Source of the DNA: Candidatus Cloacimonadota bacterium | GTDB lineage: Bacteria > Cloacimonadota > Cloacimonadia > G963667145 | Direction of reading: 5' to 3' | Assembly: GCA_963667255.1 (NCBI GenBank) | Contig: OY762940.1 | Span: 704,001 to 768,000 of the forward strand | Length of the DNA stretch: 64,000 nt | Shown: in pieces, positions 20,035 through 31,054 of the stretch | Position numbering within the stretch: position 1 is the stretch's first letter | Layout: the number at the start of each line of letters is the position of its first letter | Program-made: the position numbers and the translations under genes | The notes under the pieces: generated by a model | Told to the model about the DNA's origin: nothing | Seen by the model: the letters and a program-made list of their open reading frames with translations, nothing else | Database searches by the model: none

Positions 20035-20868
20035 ATGGGGAAATTAACTAATAATAAATTGTTTTTAATGACAGCCCATCATAAAAAGGATGGCTTTATT
20101 CCTATAAGTAAAAAATATTTTAATCCTATACATGTTGGGAAAGCTTTGTCAAATGAAGAATTGGGGATAATAGGAGATAATGAAGGAGAGAATATTTCCA
20201 ATAAAAATGGTTCATTTTGTGAACTAACTGCTTATTATTATGCTTGGAAGAATGTTGATGCAACTTATATTGGTTTAATGCATTATAGAAGATTTTTTTC
20301 TGAGAAATCATTTTTTTTGAAAAAATTTCATCGTAAATTAAAGTATTTGAGAAAAAGGGAGACGAAATTCGAATTTTATTATAAGGTTCATATAAAAAAA
20401 ACAAAAAAAATAGAAATTTTGTCAAAATCATTTTATAATTATATGAACAATAACTTAAATAGATATGACATTTTTGTTCCAAATAAAATATGTTCTAAAA
20501 ATATAAATATGGAAGAACAATATATTTTAGGTCATCATAAAGAAGATTGGATAATTTTAAAAAAAATTATTAAAGAAAAATATTCTTTCTTGGTTAGAGC
20601 TATGGAAATAAGTAGAAAAGCTAAAAAATTTTATATTTATAATATGTTTATAATGAAAAAAGAAATATTTAATGAATATATGGAAATTTTATTTGGCATT
20701 TTATTTACAGCTGAAAAATTAATAGACATTAAAAATAAAAATTTATATCAAAAAAGAGTTTTTGGATTTTTGGCTGAAAGAATTTTTAATATTTATTTAA
20801 ATTATAAAATTGAAAACAATAAAAATATTAAAGTTAAGGAATTTAATATGGTTATTATTAAAGATTGA
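20035..20868 (+). CDS. DUF4422-domain putative galactofuranosyltransferase
   Basis: GDNEGENISNKNGSFCELTAYYYAWKN, GLMHYRRFF, YNMFIMK, RVFGFLAER; adjacent to glf. Confidence 0.85.
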   Translation: MGKLTNNKLFLMTAHHKKDGFIPISKKYFNPIHVGKALSNEELGIIGDNEGENISNKNGSFCELTAYYYAWKNVDATYIGLMHYRRFFSEKSFFLKKFHRKLKYLRKRETKFEFYYKVHIKKTKKIEILSKSFYNYMNNNLNRYDIFVPNKICSKNINMEEQYILGHHKEDWIILKKIIKEKYSFLVRAMEISRKAKKFYIYNMFIMKKEIFNEYMEILFGILFTAEKLIDIKNKNLYQKRVFGFLAERIFNIYLNYKIENNKNIKVKEFNMVIIKD

Positions 20869-20890
20869 TTTACAGGAGTTTAAGAAGAGT

Positions 20891-20939
20891 TTATGAAAAA
20901 AATCTTACTCGTAGGTTCACAAGGGCAATTGGGCAAAGA
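20891..20939 (+). repeat. 49-bp direct repeat copy 2 (functional rfbD start)
   Basis: Matches 18845-18893 with one mismatch. Confidence 0.93.
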
Positions 20940-21771
20940 GTTTGCAAACTATTTTGGGGGAAACAATATTTCTTTTTTGGGAGTTGACCTTATCCAAAAG
21001 GAAGAAGCAACTTACCAAGTTGCCAATATTTGTGATGAGCAAGCAGTCAGAAATATTTTGGAATTGGGAGATTTTACTCACATCATCAATTGTGCTGCTT
21101 ATAATGCGGTTGACAAGGCGGAAGAGGATTTTGAAACTGCAAATTTGCTCAACAATTTGGCAGTGGGGAATTTGGCAAAATTGGCAAGAGAGTTTGCTTG
21201 TCAGCTGGTGCATTATTCCACTGATTATGTTTTTGATGGCGAGAAAAATCAGCCTTACAAAATCAGCGATGAGCCAAATCCAGTTTCCAATTATGGGAAA
21301 ACAAAACATCTCGGGGAGCTTGCCGTAGAGATGGAGACGGACAAATTTTACATTATTAGGGTTTCTTGGCTTTTTGGCATTTACGGGAACAATTTTGTGG
21401 ATAAGGTCATTTCTTGGAGCAAAAATCCCGAGTTGAAAATTGCCGAAAACGAAACTTCTGCTCCTACTTTTACGGAAGAAGTGGTGGATGCAACGATGAA
21501 ACTTTTGGAATTGGGGAAATTTGGCAAATACCATTTTTGCAATACAAGTTGCACTCGCTACGAATGGGCAAAATTCATTTTGAACAAAATCGGATTTGCG
21601 GGAAAAGTGGAAAAAGTTCAAAAGGAAATTTTCAATTTGCCTGCCAAAAGACCGACATTTTCGGTGATGGACACCAGTGAAAGTGAAAAAATTCTTGGCT
21701 TTAAATTTTCTTCTTGGCAAGATGCAACGAGTAGATTTTTAGAAAAATTGAGTAATTTGGAGAAGCAATGA
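20893..21771 (+). CDS. rfbD: dTDP-4-dehydrorhamnose reductase
   Basis: GSQGQLG, NCAAYNAVD, STDYVFDG, YGKTK. Confidence 0.97.
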   Translation: MKKILLVGSQGQLGKEFANYFGGNNISFLGVDLIQKEEATYQVANICDEQAVRNILELGDFTHIINCAAYNAVDKAEEDFETANLLNNLAVGNLAKLAREFACQLVHYSTDYVFDGEKNQPYKISDEPNPVSNYGKTKHLGELAVEMETDKFYIIRVSWLFGIYGNNFVDKVISWSKNPELKIAENETSAPTFTEEVVDATMKLLELGKFGKYHFCNTSCTRYEWAKFILNKIGFAGKVEKVQKEIFNLPAKRPTFSVMDTSESEKILGFKFSSWQDATSRFLEKLSNLEKQ

Positions 21772-22823
21772 ATAACCTATTAGTGACTGGGGGAGCAGGA
21801 TTTATCGGAAGCCATTTGGTGCGACTTTTGGTGAATAAATATCCAGACAAAAAAATTATAAATGTTGATAAACTCACTTATGCGGGAAATTTGGAAAACT
21901 TGAAAGACATTGAAAATAAAGGCAATTACACATTTATCAAAGCCGATATTTGTGATGAGGCTGCCATAAAAAAGATTTTTGCTGATTACAAAATCGATGG
22001 AGTAATCCATCTTGCTGCCGAATCTCATGTTGACCGCTCGATTACCAATCCTTTTGAGTTTGCCACCACTAATGTGATGGGCACTTTGGTGTTGTTGCAG
22101 ACTGCGAAAGAGAGCTGGAAAGAGAATTTTGCGAACAAATTGTTTTATCATGTTTCCACCGACGAGGTTTATGGCTCTTTGGAGAAAACTGGTTTTTTTG
22201 TGGAAGAGACTCCTTACGATCCCAAGTCGCCATATTCGGCTTCCAAAGCCTCTTCCGACCATTTTGTGCGAGCTTATGCCAACACTTACGGGCTTCCGAT
22301 TACGATTTCCAATTGTTCCAACAATTACGGACCAAATCAATTTCCCGAAAAACTTTTGCCACTTTTCATCAACAATATTAGGAATAACAAGCCTTTGCCG
22401 GTCTATGGAAAGGGCGAAAATATCAGAGATTGGCTCTTTGTGATTGACCATGCCGTGGCTATTGATACGATTTTTTTCTCCGGTAAAATAGGGGAGACCT
22501 ACAATATCGGCGGATTTAACGAGTGGAAAAATATCGATTTAATTCATTTGCTTTGTAAAATTATGGATAAAAAATTGGGCAGAGCAGAGGGCGAAAGTGC
22601 GAAATTGATAACATATGTGACCGACAGAGCAGGGCACGATTTGCGATATGCCATCGATTCTTCCAAACTGAAAAATGAGCTTGGTTGGCAGCCGTCTTTG
22701 CAATTTGAGGAAGGCTTGGGAAAGACAGTCGATTGGTATCTTGCCAACGAGGAATGGCTGGAAAATGTTACCAGCGGCGATTACCAAAAATATTATTCTC
22801 AAATGTATGAAGGAGGCAAATAG
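21768..22823 (+). CDS. rfbB: dTDP-glucose 4,6-dehydratase
   Basis: [30 protein letters not shown]. Confidence 0.98.
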   Translation: MNNLLVTGGAGFIGSHLVRLLVNKYPDKKIINVDKLTYAGNLENLKDIENKGNYTFIKADICDEAAIKKIFADYKIDGVIHLAAESHVDRSITNPFEFATTNVMGTLVLLQTAKESWKENFANKLFYHVSTDEVYGSLEKTGFFVEETPYDPKSPYSASKASSDHFVRAYANTYGLPITISNCSNNYGPNQFPEKLLPLFINNIRNNKPLPVYGKGENIRDWLFVIDHAVAIDTIFFSGKIGETYNIGGFNEWKNIDLIHLLCKIMDKKLGRAEGESAKLITYVTDRAGHDLRYAIDSSKLKNELGWQPSLQFEEGLGKTVDWYLANEEWLENVTSGDYQKYYSQMYEGGK

Positions 22824-23707
22824 TGAAAGGAATTGTGTTAGCCGGTGGTAGCGGAACGAGACTTTATCCGCTTACCAAATCGATATCCAAACAACTTTTG
22901 CCGATTTATGATAAGCCGATGATTTACTATCCGATTTCGGTGCTGATGTTGGCAGGAATCAGAGAAATTTTGATAATTTCCACTCCTGAAGATTTGCCGA
23001 AGTTTGAGCAAATGTTGGGTGATGGCTCCGATTTTGGAGTTAAATTTTCTTATAAGGTGCAACCCAGTCCTGACGGCTTGGCACAGGCTTTCATCTTGGG
23101 CAAGGAGTTTCTCGGAGATGACGATGTTTGTCTCATTTTGGGCGACAATATTTTCTATGGAAGCAACTTGGTCAATTTGCTGAAGAATGCCAAAAATAAT
23201 TTGGAGCAACAAAAGAAAGCTACTATTTTCGGCTATTATGTGGAAGACCCTCAGAGATACGGAATTGCTAATTTTGATGATGATTTGAATGTGAAGTCCA
23301 TCGAAGAAAAGCCCCAAAATCCGCCGAACAATTATGCCGTTGTCGGTTTGTATTTTTTCCCCAAAGGTGTGGCGAAAGTTGCCGAAAATGTTAAGCCATC
23401 TGCAAGAGGTGAGCTGGAAATTACTTCGGTGATTGACTATTATTTGCAAAAGCAAGAGTTGAAATTGGAGTTGATGGGTAGAGGCTTTGCTTGGCTGGAT
23501 ACGGGAACTCATCAGAGCTTATTGGAGGCTGCAACTTTTATGGAAATTTTGGAAAAGAGGCAAGGTTTGAAGGTCGCTTGTTTGGAAGAAATAGCTTTTA
23601 GACAAGGATTTATCTCCAAAGAAAAATTGCAAGAACAAGGCTTAGCAATGAGCAAAAACAGCTATGGGCAATATTTGTTGAAGTTGGCTGAAAAGAAAGT
23701 TTTTTAG
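22823..23707 (+). CDS. rfbA: Glucose-1-phosphate thymidylyltransferase
   Basis: [37 protein letters not shown]. Confidence 0.98.
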   Translation: MKGIVLAGGSGTRLYPLTKSISKQLLPIYDKPMIYYPISVLMLAGIREILIISTPEDLPKFEQMLGDGSDFGVKFSYKVQPSPDGLAQAFILGKEFLGDDDVCLILGDNIFYGSNLVNLLKNAKNNLEQQKKATIFGYYVEDPQRYGIANFDDDLNVKSIEEKPQNPPNNYAVVGLYFFPKGVAKVAENVKPSARGELEITSVIDYYLQKQELKLELMGRGFAWLDTGTHQSLLEAATFMEILEKRQGLKVACLEEIAFRQGFISKEKLQEQGLAMSKNSYGQYLLKLAEKKVF

Positions 23708-23716
23708 GATTGTGAA

Positions 23717-24715
23717 TTGAAAATTAAAGTTGAAGAGATAAATAAAATATTGATTATTTCCCCTTTTCGTTTTGGGGATACTTTATTAAATAGTGCTTAT
23801 CTCCCTTCTTTGAAAGAAAAATTTCCTAAGGCAAAAATAAGTTATTTAACCCGTAAGCCTTGTCAAAAAATGTTAGAAGATAACCCGAATATTGACAATT
23901 TTGTTCTTTTCGAGAATAAAAAAGGTGTAGCAAATATTTTTGAGAGAATAAAATTATTTTATAGAGTGCGAAAGGAAAATTACGATTTGTTAATTGACCA
24001 AAATAGAGGAACAACAGGCGGACAAATAACTTTTTTTAGTGGAGCAAAGTATCGCTTGGGGTATAGTCATTCTCGATATTCTAAATTTTTTAATCTTATT
24101 GGTTTTGAAGGGAAACAAAGATATTCCGCTTTGATGCGTTTTGATTTGCTAAAATCTTTGGGTATAAACGAGCCGAAAAAAATTGATTTGTATTTTACTA
24201 TTAGAGACAAAGACAAAATTTATATAAAAAACTGCTTGGAAGAAGAAAAATTAATTGATAAGAAGTTGATTGTTTTATCCCCAGGGTCTCCTGTTCCTCG
24301 CAAAATGTGGTCCCTGGAAAATTATGCCAAACTTTGTGATTTGATAATAGAAAAAACAGATTATAAGCCTCTTTTGTTATGGGGACCAAATGAGTTGGAA
24401 TTAGTAAAAAAGGTGCAACAATTGTCAAAAAAGGAAATTTTATTAGCTCCTCCTACAGATTTTTCTCAAGCTGGAGCATTATTAAAACAGAGCAAAATCT
24501 TAGTTTGTAATGATGGTGGAATAAACCATTTTAGCCAAACTACTAAAACTCCTTCTTTGGCAATTTTTATGGATTACAGCGAAATTACCAATTGGAGTTT
24601 GCAAGGGATTTTTCCTAATCATTGGCACATTACAGACAAAAACAAAGACAAAATTACAGCTGATTTGGTTTTTGATAAATTATTGGATTGTCTAAAAATT
24701 ATAGAAAAAAGGTAA
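23717..24715 (+). CDS. Glycosyltransferase family 9
   Basis: RFGDTLL, SPGS...KMW, VCNDGGINH. Confidence 0.9.
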   Translation: MKIKVEEINKILIISPFRFGDTLLNSAYLPSLKEKFPKAKISYLTRKPCQKMLEDNPNIDNFVLFENKKGVANIFERIKLFYRVRKENYDLLIDQNRGTTGGQITFFSGAKYRLGYSHSRYSKFFNLIGFEGKQRYSALMRFDLLKSLGINEPKKIDLYFTIRDKDKIYIKNCLEEEKLIDKKLIVLSPGSPVPRKMWSLENYAKLCDLIIEKTDYKPLLLWGPNELELVKKVQQLSKKEILLAPPTDFSQAGALLKQSKILVCNDGGINHFSQTTKTPSLAIFMDYSEITNWSLQGIFPNHWHITDKNKDKITADLVFDKLLDCLKIIEKR

Positions 24716-24726
24716 AAATATATTTT

Positions 24727-25503
24727 ATGAATAATAAATTATCCGTAGTGATTTTAACAAAAAATGGTATGCCAGTTTTGGCTGAAGCTTTGAAATCTGT
24801 GGAATGGGCTGATGAAATTTTGGTGATTGATTCTGGCTCAACTGATGGCTCTCTTGAAGAATGCAAAAAGTATTCTAATTGCAGGGTTATTGAAACTAAA
24901 TGGTTAGGTTTTGGCAAAGCTCATCGTTTTGGAGTTGATAATGCCAAGCATGATAATATTTTAAATCTTGACCAAGATGAAATTATTAGTGAAAAATTGA
25001 AAAATAAGATTTTATCCATTTTGGCAAAAGGCGAATTGGACGAAGTTTATCGCATAAGAAGGGAAACTTTTTACATAACTAAAATTGTTCATTATTGTTG
25101 GAGTGGAGACTATCCTACTCGCTTTTTTAATAGAAAAAAGGCAAATTTTGTAGATGCAGTGGTTCCTCACGAATATGTCGAAACTGAATTGAAAGCTAAA
25201 AAAATAAAGGAACATATAATTCATAAATGCTATCCTGATTTTAATTTACATTTAAATAAAATTAATTTGTATAGTGAGAATGGAGCAATTTATTTGCAAA
25301 ATAAAGGCAAAAAAGGTGGCTTAATAAAAGCTTTGCTTCATGCAAAATTAAAATTTATTAAAATGTATTTTTTTAAATTAGGGTTTTTGGACGGGAAAAT
25401 AGGTTTAATTCTTGCTATAAACTCTGCTTTCAATGTTTACATTAAATATTTGAAACTTTGGCAATTTAACAAGGGAGTTGGTTTAGATGGCAAAATTGAT
25501 TAA
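24727..25503 (+). CDS. Glycosyltransferase family 2 (WaaE/KdtX-like LPS core)
   Basis: LSVVILTKN, IDSGSTD, WLGFG, LDQDE, LGFLDG; start moved to ATG 24727. Confidence 0.88.
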   Translation: MNNKLSVVILTKNGMPVLAEALKSVEWADEILVIDSGSTDGSLEECKKYSNCRVIETKWLGFGKAHRFGVDNAKHDNILNLDQDEIISEKLKNKILSILAKGELDEVYRIRRETFYITKIVHYCWSGDYPTRFFNRKKANFVDAVVPHEYVETELKAKKIKEHIIHKCYPDFNLHLNKINLYSENGAIYLQNKGKKGGLIKALLHAKLKFIKMYFFKLGFLDGKIGLILAINSAFNVYIKYLKLWQFNKGVGLDGKID

Positions 25504-25846
25504 TTTGCAAAGTCATATAGATGAGCGGGGAAGTTTAACTGCTATAGAAAAAGTTTTGCCTTTTGAAATAAAGAGAGTTTTTTATTTGGATAAATTAGGC
25601 GATAAACCGCGAGGTTCACATAAACATTACGAATTGTTTGAGGCAGTAATTTGTTTAAGAGGAAGTTTTGTGATGCAGATAAAAAATAAGGAGAGTGAAA
25701 AAAATTTCGTTCTGGATTCTCCTAATAAATGTCTTTTATTGCCTCCAGAAGATTTTAGGATTCTTCATTCTTTTAGTAAAGATTGCTTGATATTGGCTTT
25801 GGCATCTTGCGAATACGACCCCAAAGATTATATTTATGAGGTATAA
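25487..25846 (+). CDS. FdtA/QdtA-type sugar 3,4-ketoisomerase (cupin)
   Basis: DERGSL, PFEIKRVFY, RGSHKH, YDPKDYI. Confidence 0.88.
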   Translation: MAKLINLQSHIDERGSLTAIEKVLPFEIKRVFYLDKLGDKPRGSHKHYELFEAVICLRGSFVMQIKNKESEKNFVLDSPNKCLLLPPEDFRILHSFSKDCLILALASCEYDPKDYIYEV

Positions 25847-25849
25847 AAA

Positions 25850-26935
25850 TTGATAGAATTTGAAAATTTAGCAAAACTAAATCAGCCTTTTTTTGATGAA
25901 TACCGCAAATCTTTTGAACAAACTTTGGAGAGTGGTTGGTATATTTTGGGTAAAAATTTGGAAAAATTTGAAAATGAATTTGCAGCTTATCATAATGCAA
26001 AATATTGTATTGGTGTAGCTTCTGGTTTAGATGCTTTGATTTTGTCGCTAAGAGCTTTGCAATTGCCAAAAAATTCCGAAGTAATTGTTCCTTCTAACAC
26101 TTATATAGCTTCCATTTTAGCCATTTTACAAGTTGATTTAATTCCCATTTTGGTAGAACCTGATGAAAAAACATACAATTTAGATTTCAACAAAATTGAA
26201 GAAGCTATAACCAAGAATACAAGAGCAATTATACCTGTTCATCTTTATGGCAAAGTTTGTCAAATGGATAAGATTTTGGGAATTGCTCAAAAATATAATT
26301 TGCGAATTGTGGAAGATTGTGCTCAAGCTCATGGAGCAACTTTCAAAGGGCAAAAAGCGGGAACTTTTGGTGATTTTGGAGCTTTTAGTTTTTATCCAAC
26401 CAAAAATCTTGGTGCTTTGGGAGATGCCGGAGCTATAATTACCAATGATGATAAGTTGGCTGACTATGTGAAAATGCTAAGAAATTATGGCTCAAAGATT
26501 AAATACAAAAATGAGATAATTGGATACAATTCGCGATTGGACGAAATGCAAGCAGGATTTTTGTCCGTAAAGCTAAAATATTTGGATGCGATAAATCTTC
26601 ATAAAAGGGAATTGGCTAAAATATATTTGGAAATTTTGAATGACGATTTTGTCAAACCACAGGTCAATGGAGATTTTTTTGATGTTTATCATATTTTCAA
26701 TATTAGACATAATAGAAGAGATGAATTAAAAAAAGATCTTGAAAATAAGGGAATTTTGACTGGAATTCATTATCCAATAGCTCCTGCAGAGCAAAAAGCT
26801 CTTTTGGGCATTGTCAAAGGTGATTTCCCGATAGCAAAAAAAATCCACGAACAAACTATTAGTTTACCTTTGTCATATTTCCATACTTCTGATGAAGTAA
26901 AAAAAGTGGCAGAAGCCATAAATTCTTTTCTATAA
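25850..26935 (+). CDS. DegT/DnrJ/EryC1 sugar aminotransferase (FdtB-like)
   Basis: [40 protein letters not shown]. Confidence 0.93.
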   Translation: MIEFENLAKLNQPFFDEYRKSFEQTLESGWYILGKNLEKFENEFAAYHNAKYCIGVASGLDALILSLRALQLPKNSEVIVPSNTYIASILAILQVDLIPILVEPDEKTYNLDFNKIEEAITKNTRAIIPVHLYGKVCQMDKILGIAQKYNLRIVEDCAQAHGATFKGQKAGTFGDFGAFSFYPTKNLGALGDAGAIITNDDKLADYVKMLRNYGSKIKYKNEIIGYNSRLDEMQAGFLSVKLKYLDAINLHKRELAKIYLEILNDDFVKPQVNGDFFDVYHIFNIRHNRRDELKKDLENKGILTGIHYPIAPAEQKALLGIVKGDFPIAKKIHEQTISLPLSYFHTSDEVKKVAEAINSFL

Positions 26936-28026
26936 TGATTAATATCTTACACATCGATACAGAGCGAACTTGGCGAGGAGGGCAAAGACAAGCCACTTAC
27001 CTTTTTGAAGCTTTATATAAAAGAGGTTATAAAACCAAAATGATTTGTCGTCCCAATTCTAAACTGCAAGAATTTTGTCGGCAAAAGAAATTACCTTACA
27101 AAATTATTCCTATGAAGAACGAGTTTTGTCTTTTTTCTGCCTTAAAAATTGCCAAAATGTGTAAAAGCGAAAATTACCAGATAGCCCATTTACATAGTGC
27201 TCATGCTGTTGCAGTTGGATTTTGGCTAAAATTATTTTACCCTGAAATTATTTTGATAGGTATGAGACGAGTTGATTTTAAATTGAAAAGGAATTTCTTT
27301 TCTCGGCTCAAATACTCTAAATTAGATAAGTTGGTTTGCATCTCCAAAAAAATAGAGGAAGTTGTTCAAAATAGTGGTTTTGAAAACACAAAATTAATTT
27401 ATAGTGGCATAGATTTGAATAGATTTTCTGATGTTGAACCTGTAGATATTAAGCAAGAATTGTCTTTACCCGAAGATAGCATCATCATAGGAACTACGGC
27501 GGCTTTAGTTGGGCATAAAGATTTTCCTACAATGCTTGAGGCAGCAAAAATTGTTTGTTGGGAAAATGAAAAAGCTAATTTTGTTGTTTTGGGTGATGGT
27601 CATCTAAAAGAAGAATTAAGAGAGATGCGAGATAACTTGGGGTTAAAAAATAGATTTTTCTTTGCTGGATTTAAAAAAAATGTTGGTGCTTATTTGAAGA
27701 GTTTTGATATTTTTGCTCTATCTTCACAAAAAGAGGGTTTAGGAACTTCTATTTTAGATGCTCAGGCTTTGGGTTTACCGGTTGTTGCTTGTAAAAGTGG
27801 AGGTATCCCTGAAGCGGTTTATAACGAAGAAAACGGGTTTTTAGTTCCTAAAAAAAATCCTGAGGCTTTTGCAAATGCTTTGCTTAAATTAATGAAAAAT
27901 AAAAAGCTAATAAAAAAAATGGGTGAGATGGGCTTGAATACAGTTAAAAAATTTAATATTCAAAAAACTATCGATAATTATCTTAGCTTCTATTACAATT
28001 TATTGAAAGAAAATAATTCCTTATAA
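26935..28026 (+). CDS. Glycosyltransferase family 4
   Basis: WRGGQRQ, SQKEGLGTSILDA, GGIPE. Confidence 0.92.
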   Translation: MINILHIDTERTWRGGQRQATYLFEALYKRGYKTKMICRPNSKLQEFCRQKKLPYKIIPMKNEFCLFSALKIAKMCKSENYQIAHLHSAHAVAVGFWLKLFYPEIILIGMRRVDFKLKRNFFSRLKYSKLDKLVCISKKIEEVVQNSGFENTKLIYSGIDLNRFSDVEPVDIKQELSLPEDSIIIGTTAALVGHKDFPTMLEAAKIVCWENEKANFVVLGDGHLKEELREMRDNLGLKNRFFFAGFKKNVGAYLKSFDIFALSSQKEGLGTSILDAQALGLPVVACKSGGIPEAVYNEENGFLVPKKNPEAFANALLKLMKNKKLIKKMGEMGLNTVKKFNIQKTIDNYLSFYYNLLKENNSL

Positions 28027-28047
28027 TTTGGCATTGAGCATCAAAAT

Positions 28048-29067
28048 ATGAACAAAACTTTTATAGTTTCTAGAACCGATAAAATCGGGGATTTGCTTCT
28101 ATCCATCCCATCTTTTTTTAGATTGAGGAAAATGTTCCCTGAAGCAAAAATTATTGTTCTTGTTAGGCAATATAATTTTGAAATTGTTGAAAATTTGCCT
28201 TACATTGATAAAGTGGTAAAAATTGACGATTATTCGGAAAAGGAATTAATAAATTTAGTAAAATCTTTTAAGGCAGATTATTTTATTAGCCTATTTACAA
28301 ATAAATTTATCGGGAAATTGGCAAGAAAATCGGGTGCAAATTATCGGATTGGTCCATATTCTAAATTTCATTCTTTGTATTCTTATAATAAAGGTATTAT
28401 TCAGCACAGAGCGAATTCTATAAAAAATGAAACCGAATACAATTTGGATTTGATAAGAAAAGTTGATGAAAATCTTTTTAATCAAAACAAAACAATCAAT
28501 ACAGAAATTTGCTTGCAAACAACACATTTGGAATTTGCTACCAATTATTTATTGGGAATTAAAGAAAAGATAATTGCCGTAAATCCATTCAGTGCTGGTT
28601 CTGCTAAAAATTTGAAACTATCTCAATACAAAAAATTAATAGAACTTATTTTGGAAAATACAGAAAATTTTGTGATTATCTTGGGTCATATAAGTAATAA
28701 GAAAGAGATATTCGAAAATTTTGAAAATATAGAAAGTAAAAGACTAAAAATTTTTATTAATGAAAATTCTATTTTGTTCACTGCTTCGCTGATAAATAAA
28801 TGTGATTTATATCTTGGTGGCTCTACTGGACATACACATATTGCTGGAGCTTTTGGGAAGAAAATCATCGCTTTTTATTCGGGAATAAAATCTCAATCCA
28901 TTATTAGATGGGGAGTTTTCAACAATAGCAATGTTAGCTATTTCGGAAATAATTTTGCTTGCCCAGGAAAAATGAAATGCAATAAAAAGTGTGAAAATTA
29001 TGATTGCTTTGATAAAATTGATTTGGACGAAGTTGTAAAAGCTGTAATAGAAAAATTAGTGGAATAA
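28048..29067 (+). CDS. Glycosyltransferase family 9
   Basis: RTDKIGDLLLS, GGSTGHTHIA, C-terminal Cys cluster. Confidence 0.9.
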   Translation: MNKTFIVSRTDKIGDLLLSIPSFFRLRKMFPEAKIIVLVRQYNFEIVENLPYIDKVVKIDDYSEKELINLVKSFKADYFISLFTNKFIGKLARKSGANYRIGPYSKFHSLYSYNKGIIQHRANSIKNETEYNLDLIRKVDENLFNQNKTINTEICLQTTHLEFATNYLLGIKEKIIAVNPFSAGSAKNLKLSQYKKLIELILENTENFVIILGHISNKKEIFENFENIESKRLKIFINENSILFTASLINKCDLYLGGSTGHTHIAGAFGKKIIAFYSGIKSQSIIRWGVFNNSNVSYFGNNFACPGKMKCNKKCENYDCFDKIDLDEVVKAVIEKLVE

Positions 29068-29069
29068 TA

Positions 29070-30062
29070 ATGCAAAAAATTTTAATAATCCAAACTGCTT
29101 TTCTGGGGGATACTATTCTAATCACTCCATTGATAAATGCCGTAAAAGATTGTTTTCCTTGTAGTTTGATAGATATTGTGACACTTCCAAAAAATAGTAT
29201 TGTTTTCCAAAATAATCCGTCCGTAAACGAAATAATCCCTTTTGACAAAGATAAAAAATTTAACTCTTTTTTGAAGTTGGTTAAGGAGATTAGAGCCAGT
29301 AAATATGAAATAGCCTTTTTGCCACATTCTTCTTTGACCACAACTTTGCTTGCTTATTTTGGCAAAATAAAAAGAAGAATTGGTTTTGATAGAAGAGTTT
29401 CAAAGTATTTTCTCACCGACAGAGTTGATTTTAGAACTAATTGTCTCAGAATAGAAAAGAATTTGGATTTGCTAAAGATTTATTCCGACAAAAAATATGG
29501 AATGCAAACCCGTTTATATATAGCTGAAAATGATAAAAAATATGCTGAAAATAAATTAAAAAACATATCCGACAAAATAGTTGCGATAGCCCCGGGCTCA
29601 ATTTGGACAACAAAAAGATGGGGAAGAGAAAACTATATAAATTTATTAAAAAAATTACCCGACAAAATATTTTTCGTTTTCTTGGGTGCAAAAGAAGATT
29701 ATGATTTGTGCCAAAATATTGTTGAAAACTTACCAAGTCATAATTGCCTTAATTTATCAGGAAAAAGTAGTATTTTGCAATCTGCGGCAATTTTGCAAAA
29801 GTGTGATTTACTTCTGTGCAACGATAGCGGGGCTATGCATATCGCTAATGCTGTTCAAACACCAGTAATTTCTTTTTTTGGACCAACGGTAAAAGATTTA
29901 GGCTATTTCCCTTTCCGTGAAAACGATTTTGTTTTTGAGGTTGATTTGCCTTGTCGTCCTTGCGGGAAACATGGACACAAAGAATGTCCGCTCGGGCATC
30001 ACAACTGCATGAAGAAAATAACTCCCGAGATGGTTCATAGCAAGATTAAGGCTTTGTTCTAA
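29070..30062 (+). CDS. waaF: Lipopolysaccharide heptosyltransferase II-like (GT9)
   Basis: QTAFLGDTIL, APGSIWTTKRW, NDSGAMHIA, FGPT, CRPC...CP...C. Confidence 0.8.
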   Translation: MQKILIIQTAFLGDTILITPLINAVKDCFPCSLIDIVTLPKNSIVFQNNPSVNEIIPFDKDKKFNSFLKLVKEIRASKYEIAFLPHSSLTTTLLAYFGKIKRRIGFDRRVSKYFLTDRVDFRTNCLRIEKNLDLLKIYSDKKYGMQTRLYIAENDKKYAENKLKNISDKIVAIAPGSIWTTKRWGRENYINLLKKLPDKIFFVFLGAKEDYDLCQNIVENLPSHNCLNLSGKSSILQSAAILQKCDLLLCNDSGAMHIANAVQTPVISFFGPTVKDLGYFPFRENDFVFEVDLPCRPCGKHGHKECPLGHHNCMKKITPEMVHSKIKALF

Positions 30063-30067
30063 TCTAT

Positions 30068-30952
30068 TTGCTAATTGGAGAAGAGTTGAGCTGGTTTTTT
30101 TACACAATTTGCACCCTGTTAATCTACGGATTCATAGATTTTTTTTATAAAGTCGCTGCAAATCACAATTGCTCGTCGTCCAGAGTGCTGTTCTTCGCTT
30201 CTTTTATGGTGACTGTTTTGTCGCTAATCGCCGTATTGGTAACTGGAAGTAGCTTTGTCGATTTCAAAATCATTCTGTTGTTTGCTCTTTTGAATTCGAG
30301 CTTTTTTGCGTCAGGTATTATTTTTAAGGTCTCGTCTCTGAAAAGAGCACCTGCTGGCATTATTTTCCCCCTCACCAAAATTAATTCTATCTTCTTGATA
30401 TTAATCGCTGTTATTTTTTTGGGAGAGAAACTTTTATTGAAGCAATGGCTGGGGATTGTCATTTCTGTTTGTATGGTGGTTTATATCAATTTCAATCTTA
30501 AAGATGAAGCCGAAAAAAAGATTTTTTTCCCTAAGGATAAACAAAAAATAGGGGTTCTTTTTGCAATTTTTGCTGCTATCTCCACAGCAATTTCTATGCT
30601 CGCTGGAAAGTTTGCCTCGGAGCGAGTGCCGATTTTTTCTTATATGCTTTTGTCTTACTTTTTAGTCTGGTTCAATATGTTGTGGCTAAACCGTTTTGTG
30701 GTGCAAGACAAAGAAAAATCTTCCAACGATTTTCGTTTTGGTTTGCTCATAGGTGTTTTAAATTTTTCGGGTTATTTTTGTTTTTTGCGAGCCGTCGGAT
30801 TGGGACCTTTGTCTTTGGTGCAGGGAATAAATTCCAATGTCTTCATAATTCCGATTATTTTGTCGGTGCTATTTTATAAGGAAAAAGTTGATTTACGGAA
30901 GGTTATCATTTTGGTTCTCACAATGGTAAGCATTTTTTTGATAAAGAGTTAA
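30068..30952 (+). CDS. EamA/DMT family transporter
   Basis: About 10 TM in two repeats, with FLGEK / FYKEK motifs. Confidence 0.85.
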   Translation: MLIGEELSWFFYTICTLLIYGFIDFFYKVAANHNCSSSRVLFFASFMVTVLSLIAVLVTGSSFVDFKIILLFALLNSSFFASGIIFKVSSLKRAPAGIIFPLTKINSIFLILIAVIFLGEKLLLKQWLGIVISVCMVVYINFNLKDEAEKKIFFPKDKQKIGVLFAIFAAISTAISMLAGKFASERVPIFSYMLLSYFLVWFNMLWLNRFVVQDKEKSSNDFRFGLLIGVLNFSGYFCFLRAVGLGPLSLVQGINSNVFIIPIILSVLFYKEKVDLRKVIILVLTMVSIFLIKS

Positions 30953-31054
30953 TTTTTGCCAAGATTTTGAGTTGACAATGAGACGATAATTACAAAAAAG
31001 AGATTAGGATACTATTTAATATTTATGAAAAAATTATGTTCCTCAAGGAGAGTA

